From Alphaproteobacteria bacterium (GTDB lineage Bacteria; Pseudomonadota; Alphaproteobacteria; UBA2966), in NCBI GenBank assembly GCA_964291395.2, contig OZ219856.1, positions 2,572,439 through 2,636,438 of the forward strand: 64,000 bases of DNA. The letters are read 5' to 3'. How positions within the stretch are numbered: the first letter of the stretch is position 1; each line of letters begins with the position of its first letter. The translations under genes and the position numbers were made by a program. A model generated the notes under the pieces. That model was given only the letters and a program-made list of their open reading frames with translations, searched no databases and was not told the origin of the DNA. Positions 10,050-20,480 of this stretch are shown piece by piece.

Positions 10050-11474
10050 TCATATCGGAGGGCCGAATGTTTGCCAGCCTGACTCGCGCTCATACGCGCG
10101 GCCTACGCGAAAAAGCGACGCTTCGTCGTTGGGCCGGCCGATCAGTTGGAACCCAACCGGCACCCTGTTGTGATCCAATCCAGCCGGCAGACTCAATGCG
10201 GGCAGATGGAACGCGTTGATGGGGCGGGTGGTGTGGCTAACCCGTGCGGAGAGCTCCAGATAGTCGTCGCGGGTATCCGGGTCCGATTCGGCAATCGTGG
10301 GAACCGGCGTCGGTACGACGGGCGCATGAAGCATGTCGGCCTGGTCGAACACGGCGGCGGAAAATTCCGCCAGCAATCTCTCGCGCTGTTCGAGTGCTTC
10401 CGCGTAGCGCGTGGCCGGGATGTCGAGGCCGGGTGCGAGCCTCTGGCACGTCCACGCCGTATAGTCGTCAGGCCGGTCATTGATCCACTTCTGATGGTAT
10501 CGGGCCGCTTCGAACTGAAAGACGATTCGGTGCATTTCCAGAGCCTCGTCGAGAGACTCCGGTAACCGTATGTGCACGATGTCGGCGCCTGCCGTGCGCA
10601 ACGAGGCGAGACTCGTGTCGAGATGTTGCCGCACCTCTTCATCGACGTGGTCGTAAAAATAGTCTTCCGAGACCGCGATTCTGACACGCCTCGCGCCGTC
10701 CTCGATGTCGGAAACGTAGTCCGGAACGGGAGAGGCATTGGATGCCGGATCATTTGAATCGTGTCCGGCGATGACACCAAGCATCAGCGCGCTGTCCTTC
10801 ACGGTCCGCGTCATGGCGCCGACGTGATCCCACGACGTTGAAAGCGGCATAGCGCCGTAGCGGCTCACCCGGCCATAGGTAGGCATGATACCGACCACGC
10901 CACAACATGACGCCGGCACTCGGATCGACCCGCCGGTGTCCGACGCCAGGGCCCCGTATATGAGCCGCGCCGCCACGGCAGAGGCGGGGCCGCTCGACGA
11001 TCCGCCCGTTCCGTGATCCGTGTTCCAAGGATTGCGAGGTGTTCCCGTGATCGGGTTATGACCGTACACGGGCGCGCCGGTCGCAAACTCCGTCATGTTC
11101 AGGCGCGCAATGTCGAGCGCGCCCGCCAAGTCGAGGCGCTTGAGAACGTGTGCCGTGTGGTCGGGTCGATAGTCCGCGAGAATGCGCGATCCGCAGGCGC
11201 TGATCTGTCCCTGGCGATAAAACATGTCCTTATGCGCCAGTGGCACGCCGTGGAGGGGTCCACGCACGCGACCGGCGGCGAGCTCTTCGTCGGCCCTTTT
11301 CGCCGCGGCCAGCGCAGCACCGGGCTCGCACCGGACGACAGAGCGGTGCTGCCGGCCCAACGTAGCGATCCGATCCAGACATACGCGCGTTGCTTCACGT
11401 GACGTGAGCCGGCCGTCAGCGATGCAGGCGGCCACCGTATTCAAGCTCAGGTCAGCGATTTCGTCGTCGTTCAT
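10050..11474 (-). CDS. Amidase signature family enzyme
   Basis: GPLHGVPLAHKD, GGSSSG, SDTGGSIRVPASCCG (Ser-cisSer-Lys triad). Confidence 0.92.
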   Translation of the reverse strand: MNDDEIADLSLNTVAACIADGRLTSREATRVCLDRIATLGRQHRSVVRCEPGAALAAAKRADEELAAGRVRGPLHGVPLAHKDMFYRQGQISACGSRILADYRPDHTAHVLKRLDLAGALDIARLNMTEFATGAPVYGHNPITGTPRNPWNTDHGTGGSSSGPASAVAARLIYGALASDTGGSIRVPASCCGVVGIMPTYGRVSRYGAMPLSTSWDHVGAMTRTVKDSALMLGVIAGHDSNDPASNASPVPDYVSDIEDGARRVRIAVSEDYFYDHVDEEVRQHLDTSLASLRTAGADIVHIRLPESLDEALEMHRIVFQFEAARYHQKWINDRPDDYTAWTCQRLAPGLDIPATRYAEALEQRERLLAEFSAAVFDQADMLHAPVVPTPVPTIAESDPDTRDDYLELSARVSHTTRPINAFHLPALSLPAGLDHNRVPVGFQLIGRPNDEASLFRVGRAYERESGWQTFGPPI

Positions 11475-11777
11475 GGCCGCTTACCGAAAGGTTCGCCAAG
11501 ATTTGGCGGCGTCTTGGCTGAAGCACGTGAATGTCCGGCCAATTTCGAGGCCTTGCCCAAGTATGTGCAAGAACATACCGCACACATAAAGACGGCGTGA
11601 GCGCCACCTGCAATCGATGGCGCATCCGTGGACGCCGCGACCGGACCGCCCCGACGCCTCTCGTGGAGAATTTTGGCAGCGCCGACTACACTCCGCTCAA
11701 CTGCCCTCGAGCCCCGTGATCGAAACCGAAAACTCTCAGACGAACCGGCCCCAAACATCGGAGAAGGTCAACTCCAC

Positions 11778-13823
11778 ATGCCGTGTCGACAAATCTGCCT
11801 GACAACTGCGCTGCTGCTCGCACTCGTCAGCGCTCAATCGACCCCGGCACATGCGCTGTCGGCCGACACACTGAAGTCGGTCGTTTCGGTGTTGCCCGTC
11901 TGGCCCGGGCGAGCCCAAGCCGGCGCCGGCGGATCTCCGGGCGTCGCGCCGGAAGGAAGCGGGGTGGTTTTGAAACCCGGACTTATTGCGACGGCCTGGC
12001 ATGTGGTCAAGCCCGCCAAGCGGATCGACATTCGTCTTTCGGACGGACGCATCCTGCCAGCGCAGCTGATTGCAAAGGACGCCGCGAGCGACATCGCCGT
12101 ACTGGGCGTTGAAGTTGAGCTTGTGCCGATCGAGATCGCGCCTGCGCCGCAACTTACGCAGCCGGTATGCGCCGTCGGCAACGCATACGGCCTGGGCCTT
12201 TCCGTGACATGCGGCGTGGTTTCCGCGCTGAACGTATCCGACGCAGGTTTCAACCCTGTGGAAGACTTCGTCCAGACGGATGCCGCTGCGAACCCGGGCG
12301 TGTCGGGTGGAGCGTTGGTGGACGCGGAAGGTCGCCTGGCGGGCATGATGTCGGCGATCTTCGCCTCCGAGGGCGATACCAATATCGGCGTTAATTTTGC
12401 CACTTCGACCGAGCTGCTCCTGCGGGTCGTCGAGGCACTTATTTCCGATGGTGAGGTCCGGTATCCTTCACCCGGCTGGCGGCTGGAGGCCGCCGGGCGC
12501 GATCAGTTGGCCACAGTGGCCGCGCCGGTGATCAGCGAGGTGAGCGACGGCGGTCCGGCGGCCACGGTGGGCATCGCACCCGGCGACATGATCCTGAAAA
12601 TCGGCTTGCGCCGGGTTCGGACGCCTCGCGACGCACTCGCCGCGCTTGCCGTTGTTCCCGACGTCAGCGCGCCACTCGACATTACCTTGCAACGTGACGG
12701 GCAACGGCGCGTCGTCGCTCTGTCTTTTGATGCAGCACCGACGGTGTCCGACGCGCCGGACACATCGGAATCGCTCGGAGACTGCCCCCATCCGGCGCCG
12801 GTCTGCCGCGTCCGACAGGCGGTTTTCCCGGTCTCCGGCTTCGATCCAATCGCCAGCGCAACACGGATCGGACCCACGCTCCTGGTCACGAACCGGCATG
12901 TCGTGGCAGACCGACCGGATGCGGTCGTCCACACCCCCGATGGGCCAAAAGGCGCAAGGGTGATCCCCTCGGCCTACCTCGGCGATCTGGCACTGCTCGA
13001 GGTTCAGGGTCTGCCCGGGGATGGGTTCATTCCGGACCTCGAGGGGGAAGTCTCGGACGATGGCGCATTCTACGCCGTCGGCGCCGATATAGCCCGGAAA
13101 GAGGTGCGCGTCTTCGACCCCGGCGGGTTGATTGCGGGGCCGGCGGAAGGCGCAGATCTGGGACGGCTCCACGTTCGGTCACGCATGCAACCCGGCGTCA
13201 GTGGCGGGGCCCTCGTGGACCGGCGAGGCGAATTGGTGGGGATTGCCGTGGGCGGCGGCGACGGACGTTTCGAGGCGGTGACTCTGGAAGGCGTCCGCGC
13301 ACTTTTGGCTTTGCGCACCGACGCTGCGGCCGCCGACGTGACGCGCCGGCTGGGAACGGCCCTGTCGGAGTGTGCGGCCAGGATGAGCGCAATTCAGGCG
13401 CGCACGGCGGACGAATCCGACCGTGATACGCTGTTTGAAACCTGCGCCGCGACGATGAACCATGGTCAGCTGCTCGAAGCCGGGCGCATCCTGGCGCGGG
13501 CCGGCGATTTTGACGGCGCCATAGCTCTACATGGTCAGGCTGCCGAGCAGGTCCCGAACTCGATCAACGCACGGATCTCGCTATTGGTGTCGCTGCAGCT
13601 CGCCGGACGCTTCGATGAGATGACAGGGCACGCACGTCGGCTGATGCTCATGGCACCCGAGGACCCCCAGGCCTTGCGGTTTGCAATACAGTCCGGCGTC
13701 TGGGGAAACGCGCCGGCACTCGCCGAAGAAGCCTATCGGGCGCTCGTGAAGGCAGATCCGCGACAGGCCGAGGCCGCCCGCCGGTTCATCGACAATGCAC
13801 CGCCTGCGCCGGTGCGTCGATAG
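11778..13823 (+). CDS. Exported serine protease: trypsin domain - PDZ - second trypsin domain - TPR-like tail
   Basis: Signal peptide; triad 1 TAWHVV/SDIAVL/NPGVSGGAL; PDZ (GPAATVGIAPGDMILKIG); triad 2 TNRHVV/GDLALL/QPGVSGGAL; helical TPR-like C-terminus. Confidence 0.85.
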   Translation: MPCRQICLTTALLLALVSAQSTPAHALSADTLKSVVSVLPVWPGRAQAGAGGSPGVAPEGSGVVLKPGLIATAWHVVKPAKRIDIRLSDGRILPAQLIAKDAASDIAVLGVEVELVPIEIAPAPQLTQPVCAVGNAYGLGLSVTCGVVSALNVSDAGFNPVEDFVQTDAAANPGVSGGALVDAEGRLAGMMSAIFASEGDTNIGVNFATSTELLLRVVEALISDGEVRYPSPGWRLEAAGRDQLATVAAPVISEVSDGGPAATVGIAPGDMILKIGLRRVRTPRDALAALAVVPDVSAPLDITLQRDGQRRVVALSFDAAPTVSDAPDTSESLGDCPHPAPVCRVRQAVFPVSGFDPIASATRIGPTLLVTNRHVVADRPDAVVHTPDGPKGARVIPSAYLGDLALLEVQGLPGDGFIPDLEGEVSDDGAFYAVGADIARKEVRVFDPGGLIAGPAEGADLGRLHVRSRMQPGVSGGALVDRRGELVGIAVGGGDGRFEAVTLEGVRALLALRTDAAAADVTRRLGTALSECAARMSAIQARTADESDRDTLFETCAATMNHGQLLEAGRILARAGDFDGAIALHGQAAEQVPNSINARISLLVSLQLAGRFDEMTGHARRLMLMAPEDPQALRFAIQSGVWGNAPALAEEAYRALVKADPRQAEAARRFIDNAPPAPVRR

Positions 13824-13828
13824 CGCGG

Positions 13829-15124
13829 TCACTCCGATAGCGGGTCGGGAATCCAACCGGCCGCGACGACGCCTTCACGCTCAAACGGAGACGGTGCCGC
13901 GCGGGCCAGGATGCGGGCCTTGAGCTCGGCCGAGCTCAGCCCCGGGTTCCGCGCCAGTAACCTGGCCGCAAGGGCGGCGAGACGCGGAACCGCGTAGCTG
14001 GAGCCGGAGGCGATCCCGGATGCGCCGCGAAAATCGACGATCTCCAGGTTCTCGGCCGGCAGCATCACATCGACACTCACCGCTCCCCAGTTCGATCCCG
14101 AAGCAAGGCGCCCGAAGCCGTCGGCCGAGGTTACGGTGACGATGTTTTCGAGCGCGGACGCGGCCGGAAAGACAGGGTCTTTGTCGATATCGCGGCCGTC
14201 GTTTCCGGCTGAAACGATGGCCAAGATGTCGAGCCCGCGAAGCGCGTTCTCGAAAGCGCGCCAGTCTTCGGGCCTGCGGCTGCCCAGCGGCACGGCGAGG
14301 ATGCGGGCGCCCGCATCGGCCGCGCGCGCGACCAGATCGCCCATGCGCCTCATGTCGGGGCGCGGATAGCGGAACGGGATCAGCGCGGCGTGGGGCGCTT
14401 CCCGCGCGAGCACCGATGCGGTCGCCGTACCGTGACGGATCGGAAGGAAGGGTCCGCGCGAGACGTCCCCGTCGTACGGCCAGGGATCGAGGTCCCAATA
14501 GTCATAGCCCAGGGGCATTCCTTCGCCGTCGCGGGCCAGTCGGTTCCGAAACATCGGTAGATCGTAGGCCAGGCCCGAGTCCACAAGGGCGACCCGAATA
14601 CCGCCGGGGTCTCTCCCCTCAGGCCAGGGGGCCTGCAAGGTCTCGGTCCATCTTGGCGTCTTGAGATCGCCTTCCAGCTGATCGAGGTATTGCCGAACAT
14701 CTCCGTCTGCCCGGATCGCCCGACCGGATCGAACGGTGCACCCGCCATCGGCTATGGCCTGAAGAGACGGCCGAGCGCCGTCGCCGTCGTGCGCGGCGTA
14801 GGAAACCAGGAACCGGCGAAGCCTGCCGTCGAACTGCCGCCGCTCGATGATGAGTTCGTCGGCTCCCGGCAGCAGAAGGCGAACCACGATACGGCGCGGG
14901 TCTCGATTGTCGGGCTGACGGGTCTCATCCAGAAACCAGCTGCCGGGTATGGCGTTCTGTGCATCGAGGCCGAATAGTCCGGGCTGCGGGCATACCCGTT
15001 CGACGGCGAGACGCAGCCAGTGCGCTTCGTCCCTGTTGCTGTCGGCGATCGATCCAGTCGGCACCGCAATCATCGAAGCGAGTACGAACAGTCCGCCGGG
15101 GGTCCGCATGAGAAAGCGTCTCAT
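13829..15124 (-). CDS. Exported S8 (subtilisin-like) peptidase with N-terminal extension
   Basis: VALVDSG (Asp), HGTATASV (His), SAGND (oxyanion Asn), SGSSYAVP (Ser). Confidence 0.85.
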   Translation of the reverse strand: MRRFLMRTPGGLFVLASMIAVPTGSIADSNRDEAHWLRLAVERVCPQPGLFGLDAQNAIPGSWFLDETRQPDNRDPRRIVVRLLLPGADELIIERRQFDGRLRRFLVSYAAHDGDGARPSLQAIADGGCTVRSGRAIRADGDVRQYLDQLEGDLKTPRWTETLQAPWPEGRDPGGIRVALVDSGLAYDLPMFRNRLARDGEGMPLGYDYWDLDPWPYDGDVSRGPFLPIRHGTATASVLAREAPHAALIPFRYPRPDMRRMGDLVARAADAGARILAVPLGSRRPEDWRAFENALRGLDILAIVSAGNDGRDIDKDPVFPAASALENIVTVTSADGFGRLASGSNWGAVSVDVMLPAENLEIVDFRGASGIASGSSYAVPRLAALAARLLARNPGLSSAELKARILARAAPSPFEREGVVAAGWIPDPLSE

Positions 15125-15205
15125 GTACCGATGATTCCACCACCGAGAACAAGTGTGACGATCTGTCGCTTGTTCATTTCAGAGATATTCCCAAGGTTGG
15201 AGTAA

Positions 15206-16087
15206 TCACCCCGCAAAGAACGGTTCCGGAATCCCCCTTGAACCCGTCCCGTAGATCGCAAACAAAGCACCCCCGAGTGGCGAGAGCTCCTTGTCTCCAG
15301 GCTGGACCTCGTAACCGATCGACGTGACGTACAGCACGTCGAGATTCTTACCTCCAAACGAACACATGCTGGGGTACCGCACGGGCATCGGGATCGTCCG
15401 CATGCGTTGGCCTTGGGGGTCGTACTGGGCCACTTCCCAGCCATCGATGTGGGCCGCCCAGTAGCAACCCTCGGCATCGACCGTTGCGCCGTCGACCCGG
15501 CCGGGAATATCTTCGGTCGAGATGAAATCCCGGCGGTTTTCGATTTCGCCCGTCTCGATATCGAAGTCGAAGGCATAGACCGTGTTGCCGCGGGAATTCG
15601 CGTAGTACAGGACCTTGTCGTCCGGACTCCAGCCTAGTCCGTTGGAGACGACGACACCCTCGGCCATCTTCGTACAGGACAAATCCGTATCCAGACGATA
15701 TAGCGCGCCGAGTGGATCCCTCAGGTTCATGTCCATCGAGCCGCACCAGTATCGCCCCCGCCGGTCGCACTTGCCGTCGCTCAATCGTGTGCTGGGATGA
15801 TCGGGGTCGGGATCGATGATGTACGTGAACGATCCTGTTTCCAGATCGACAAAATGGAAGCCGGCATGCATGCCGGCGACGAGCCCGCCCTGTTCGCGGA
15901 ACACGATGGAACCGATTTTCATAGGGGCGTCCCAGACGGTGACGATGTCGGTTTCGGGGTCGAGGCGCTGGATTTTCTGGCCGTTGATGTCGACCCAGTA
16001 GAGGGCGTTTTCCCGGCAGTTCCAGTTTGGGCTCTCGCCCAATTCGTTGGGGCCCTTCCAGATACAGGCCACTTCGGGTTGGGCCAT
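15206..16087 (-). CDS. SMP-30/gluconolactonase family protein
   Basis: LGESPNW, LYWVDI, DGKCDRRGRYWCGSM, SNGLGWSPD, DGATVDAEG; ATG at 16087 after GGAGG. Confidence 0.92.
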   Translation of the reverse strand: MAQPEVACIWKGPNELGESPNWNCRENALYWVDINGQKIQRLDPETDIVTVWDAPMKIGSIVFREQGGLVAGMHAGFHFVDLETGSFTYIIDPDPDHPSTRLSDGKCDRRGRYWCGSMDMNLRDPLGALYRLDTDLSCTKMAEGVVVSNGLGWSPDDKVLYYANSRGNTVYAFDFDIETGEIENRRDFISTEDIPGRVDGATVDAEGCYWAAHIDGWEVAQYDPQGQRMRTIPMPVRYPSMCSFGGKNLDVLYVTSIGYEVQPGDKELSPLGGALFAIYGTGSRGIPEPFFAG

Positions 16088-16314
16088 GCCCGCCTCCGTC
16101 CGTTCGTTGAGGGGCACCGTGCGTTCCGCGGTCACCTCGGATATGTCAGCATATGCGCAGGCGTTGTCGGACAAAAATGGATCGACGCGCAGACGGAGCG
16201 GCGACACGCCGGAGCGGCCTGTTGGATCCGAGCCGGGGATCCCGGAGGAAATCACGGCAAGAGTCCCGTGCGTAATCAGATCCGCAAGAGAAGGCCCGAA
16301 GGAAGCACCGGACG

Positions 16315-16953
16315 ATGAAACGGCTCGAGGAAGATTTATGGCAGAGCACGATTCACCGTTCGGGCATCCTGAACGCCCACGCCTACTTTCTCGAGCGTCC
16401 GTCAGGCAACATCCTGTTCTACAACACTGGCGATAAGGGCGATCTGCGGCACATGTCCGAACGTGGCGGTATCGCCTATCAGCTTCTCACACACCGGGAT
16501 GAGGCCGGCCCATCGCAGACCCGGATCAGGAATCGGTTCGGCTGCAAGCTCGGCTGCAGTGCGATCGAAGGGCCGTTCGTCTCCGCCCACGGGAAGGCCG
16601 ATCTCCTGTTCGAGACGGGCGACGACCGGATCGAGGACATCGATATCATCCACACGCCGGGGCACACGGCGGGCAGCATCTGCTTTTTCTACCAATCCCC
16701 GTACGGCAAGTCCTATCTCTTCAGTGGCGACACGATTTTCCAGCGGAACGGAGAATGGTCGACTCTGGTGCTCCCCGATTCCGGCGGCAGCGCGGCCGCC
16801 CTGGCCGAGAGCATGGCCAAGCTGCGTGACACCAGCCCGGATATCGTGATGAGCAGCGGATTTGTCGGCGATGTGGCGTATCGAGAGGTCACGCGCGAGG
16901 ACTGGACGGCGGCGCTCGACGACAGAATCACCCATCTCAATGCCTCGTCCTGA
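16315..16953 (+). CDS. MBL-fold metallo-hydrolase
   Basis: LTHRDE, HTPGHTAGS, LFSGD. Confidence 0.85.
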   Translation: MKRLEEDLWQSTIHRSGILNAHAYFLERPSGNILFYNTGDKGDLRHMSERGGIAYQLLTHRDEAGPSQTRIRNRFGCKLGCSAIEGPFVSAHGKADLLFETGDDRIEDIDIIHTPGHTAGSICFFYQSPYGKSYLFSGDTIFQRNGEWSTLVLPDSGGSAAALAESMAKLRDTSPDIVMSSGFVGDVAYREVTREDWTAALDDRITHLNASS

Positions 16954-17155
16954 ACGGGCCGATGCCGTGGGCAGGCTGGCGTTCATCAACGGGTATGAAC
17001 GTCGCCTTTCCAGCGCCGCTTCCTTTCCGTTTCCCATCCTCCGCCCGACCGGAGGGTGTGCACGGGGTGTCTGCTATCGCATAGGGCACGGCAGGAGAGC
17101 CGAGCGGGACCTCCGCTACCGACAAACGCGGGCACCAAACGTTGGATTCAATCCC

Positions 17156-18151
17156 CTAGCTTTCGAGTTCGGACGGCCGCTCGACGGGGTCGGGCTCCTG
17201 CCGGTTCGCGAAAGACTTGGTCTTGTCGAAAATATGATCGCCTTCCCCGAACGCATCGGCGCTGGCGCCCACGATCAGAGGATCGGGATGGCCCACGACG
17301 TGGAGATCCTTGTCCGCATAGGGCAGCGCCGAGAGAAAGTGCCTCATGCAGTTCAGCCGGGCGCGTTTCTTGTCGTCGGACTTGATAATCGTCCAGGGCG
17401 CGTCGGCGGTGTCGGTATAGAAGAACATGGCCTCCTTGGCGTCGGTATAGGCCTCCCACTTGTCCAGCGACTGACGGTCGACCGGCGACAGTTTCCACTG
17501 TTTCAGGGCGTCGTTCTCCCGAGCCTCGAAACGGCGTCTCTGCTCCCCTTGCGTGACGGAAAACCAGTATTTGAACAGGATGATTCCACTGCGCACGAAC
17601 ATGCGCTCCAGCTCCGGCGCCTGACGCATGAACTCCAGATACTCCTTGGCGTTGCAGAACCCCATCACCCGCTCGACGCCGGCGCGGTTGTACCACGAGC
17701 GGTCGAACAGAACGATCTCGCCACCTCGCGGCAGGTGGCGGATATAACGCTGGAAAAACCACTCGGTCTTTTCGCCTTCGGTCGGCTTGTCGAGCGCCAC
17801 CACACGGGCGCCGCGCGGATTGAGATGCTCGGTGAACCTCTTGATGGTCCCGCCCTTGCCGGCGGCATCCCTTCCTTCGAACAGGATGACGACCTTCCCC
17901 CTCGTCTCCTTCACCCACTCCTGGACCTTCAGCAGCTCCACCTGCAGTTCGGCCTTCTGCTTCTCGTAGACCTTGCGGGTGAGTTTCTGCTTGTAGGGAT
18001 ACTCGCCGGTCTCGAAAATCCGGCGAATGGCGTCGTGGTCCCGGCGCAACGCAGCCACGGTATCCGCGTTGCCGGCACCGTCCCCGCCACGAGTGGTTCC
18101 GGCCCCCAACTCATCCGCCGACGGCCTTCCGGCGGCATTCGCTTTCACCAT
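17156..18151 (-). CDS. ppk2: Polyphosphate kinase 2
   Basis: FEGRDAAGKGGTIKRF, FDRSWYNRAGVERVMGFC, QWKLSP. Confidence 0.95.
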   Translation of the reverse strand: MVKANAAGRPSADELGAGTTRGGDGAGNADTVAALRRDHDAIRRIFETGEYPYKQKLTRKVYEKQKAELQVELLKVQEWVKETRGKVVILFEGRDAAGKGGTIKRFTEHLNPRGARVVALDKPTEGEKTEWFFQRYIRHLPRGGEIVLFDRSWYNRAGVERVMGFCNAKEYLEFMRQAPELERMFVRSGIILFKYWFSVTQGEQRRRFEARENDALKQWKLSPVDRQSLDKWEAYTDAKEAMFFYTDTADAPWTIIKSDDKKRARLNCMRHFLSALPYADKDLHVVGHPDPLIVGASADAFGEGDHIFDKTKSFANRQEPDPVERPSELES

Positions 18152-18375
18152 ATCGTCCTCCGCAGGATCGCCCTCTTGATCACCAACGCGTCATCACGTT
18201 CGTACCGACAACTCATCAGGCACCATTCCTCTTCCGACAGCTTAGCTGCGCCCGGACCCGACCTCCACCCGTTCGTTCAAAACGGGCGTCGTTGAGCGCC
18301 CGGTACGCGTCCGCAGCCGCATCCCTGAAAAGAGAAGAAGGGGTGTAATCGCGGCCGCGAAAACGTCAACCACCG

Positions 18376-18798
18376 TCAATTTCCAGGTCTCCAATCGGGC
18401 GGTGCGAGCTCGAAGCCGGCGAATTCGAAAGCCGGCGCTACCGTGCAGCCGACCAATGTCCAGGCACCTTCCGAACGGGCGCTTTGCCAGGCTCCAGCGG
18501 GAACCACGACCTGGGGCTCGGCGCCGACGCCCACCCCCAGAATCCGATTCGTGATCTCGACGCCGTCGGACGACAGGTCGAGCCGCAGCGCATCGCCCGC
18601 ATGGTAATGCCATATCTCCACCGCATCGATCCGGTGCCATGCAGAGATCTCGCCGGACTTGAGAAGGTAGTAGATCGCGGTCACCGCGCCCCGGTCGCCG
18701 TCGCCGGTAGGTGCACGAAACGTCTCGCGGTAATGCCCGCCTTCGGGGTGCGGTTTCAGTCCGTACCGAGCGATAATTTCGTCAGCGTTCATCGGCAA
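18376..18798 (-). CDS. Cupin_5 (DUF985) family protein
   Basis: LKPHPEGGHYRETFR, AIYYLL, GCTVAPAFEF. Confidence 0.9.
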   Translation of the reverse strand: MPMNADEIIARYGLKPHPEGGHYRETFRAPTGDGDRGAVTAIYYLLKSGEISAWHRIDAVEIWHYHAGDALRLDLSSDGVEITNRILGVGVGAEPQVVVPAGAWQSARSEGAWTLVGCTVAPAFEFAGFELAPPDWRPGN

Positions 18799-19155
18799 CC
18801 CATTTTTCAGCGGGCCACGGCGGCACCGGGCCGTAACGGCTCAGCGTACCGGACGATAAGCCGATCCCCTGACGGCCCACCCTGCGGGCAGAGAGTTCCG
18901 ATTGCATCATGGATTCAAACACCGCCGGACGGTTTGTGTCTGCATGAGGAAATAGTAATTTACGGATCTCGTTCACTCCTCGCCTCTTTCTGCGGAATGG
19001 CGGAAGCGTGAAGAAGCGTGAAGAAGTGAGACTTGCCGTCGCCGCGTTCGCCTCTGTTGGCGTGCGGCGCCGTTTTCCGCCTGCGGTGAGTCCCGTCGGG
19101 AATCGAGGGAAACGGGCTTCCCCGCCGACGACTCCAGTATAGCCAGAGGCTGACG

Positions 19156-20451
19156 ATGCGCGAAAACATATCGGAACGGGGATTGTTCGACCTCTACCGC
19201 GAGGACCCCGATGAGGCTGACCGGCTGTTGTTCGGCCGCGAGACGTACCCCGACAGGCGGGGATTTCTAAGGAACGCCGGACTGGCGGCCATGGGAGCGC
19301 TGGTCGGCACGGCTATTCCCTTCCACCGCAATATCCCGGCCCATTTCGTTCCCGTCGCGCTCGCCGCGCAGCACACGATTCAGGGCAAGGACGGATTGAC
19401 GGTGCTCAACGACCGGCCGTTATGCGCGGAAACGCCACCGCACCTGCTCGACGACGACATTACGCCGACCAGCAGGCACTTCGTCCGCAACAACGGCCTT
19501 CCTCCGGAGGACGTCGACGCGGCGAGCTGGAGGTTGACCATCGACGGTCTGGTCGAAAACCCGATGACATTGAGTATCGATGATCTCAAGCGGCAGTTCG
19601 ACGTGGTCACCGAGGCGTTGACGTTGGAGTGCGGAGGCAACGGCCGTGCCTTCTTCGACCCCCCGGCGAAGGGCAACCAGTGGACCTACGGCGCCGTCGC
19701 CTGCTCCGAGTGGACCGGCGTCCGCCTCGCCGACGTGCTCAAGGTCGCAGGGGTGAAAAACAACGCCGTCTACACCGCGCATGTGGGCGCCGACACCCAT
19801 CTTTCCGGCAAGGAGGGCAAGCTCCCCATCTCCCGCGGCATACCGATCGAGAAGGCCATGAATGAGCACAACCTCATAGCCTTCGCCCAGAACGGCCGGG
19901 CGATCCATCCCATGAACGGTGCGCCGCTGCGCCTCGTAGTACCGGGCTGGCCAGGCTCATGCTCGCAGAAATGGCTGACCCGCATTTGGCTGCGAGACCG
20001 GGTTCACGACGGTCCGAAAATGGGCGGCACCTCCTATCGGATTCCCGACCGGACGGTAGCCCCGGGGGCGAAGGTGGCCAAAAAGGACTTCGTCATCATC
20101 CAGGCCATGCCGGTCAAGTCTCTGATCACCAGTCCGGCCACTGACCACAAGACGGCCGACAAGACGCTGCGCGTCCGGGGACATGCCTGGGCCGGAGACC
20201 GGAAGGTCGACGCCGTCCGTCTGTCGATCGACTTCGGCGCGACTTGGATCGAGACCAGGCTTGACGACCCGGTGAACGACCACGCCTGGCAGAATTGGCA
20301 TGCCGCGATCGCATTTCCCCGGACGGGATACTACGAGATTTGGGCCAGGGCGATCGACTCGCGGGGTGTTGGCCAACCTCACGCCGTTTCCTGGAACCCG
20401 AAAGGCTACCTCAACAACTCGATGCACCGGATCGCGGTAACCGTCGGTTAG
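19156..20451 (+). CDS. Sulfite oxidase family molybdoenzyme (SorA/SoxC-like), Tat-exported
   Basis: Tat motif DRRGFLR; FVRNN, LECGGNGR (Mo-Cys), GAPLRLVVPGWPG, WNPKGYLNN. Confidence 0.9.
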   Translation: MRENISERGLFDLYREDPDEADRLLFGRETYPDRRGFLRNAGLAAMGALVGTAIPFHRNIPAHFVPVALAAQHTIQGKDGLTVLNDRPLCAETPPHLLDDDITPTSRHFVRNNGLPPEDVDAASWRLTIDGLVENPMTLSIDDLKRQFDVVTEALTLECGGNGRAFFDPPAKGNQWTYGAVACSEWTGVRLADVLKVAGVKNNAVYTAHVGADTHLSGKEGKLPISRGIPIEKAMNEHNLIAFAQNGRAIHPMNGAPLRLVVPGWPGSCSQKWLTRIWLRDRVHDGPKMGGTSYRIPDRTVAPGAKVAKKDFVIIQAMPVKSLITSPATDHKTADKTLRVRGHAWAGDRKVDAVRLSIDFGATWIETRLDDPVNDHAWQNWHAAIAFPRTGYYEIWARAIDSRGVGQPHAVSWNPKGYLNNSMHRIAVTVG

Positions 20452-20480
20452 GGAGCGCTCCGGGTCGCTGGCTCCGATCG

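Noticed and set aside
19003-19029. Short tandem GAAGCGTGAA repeat
   Set aside because: About 2.5 units with no spacers; not CRISPR and no evident function
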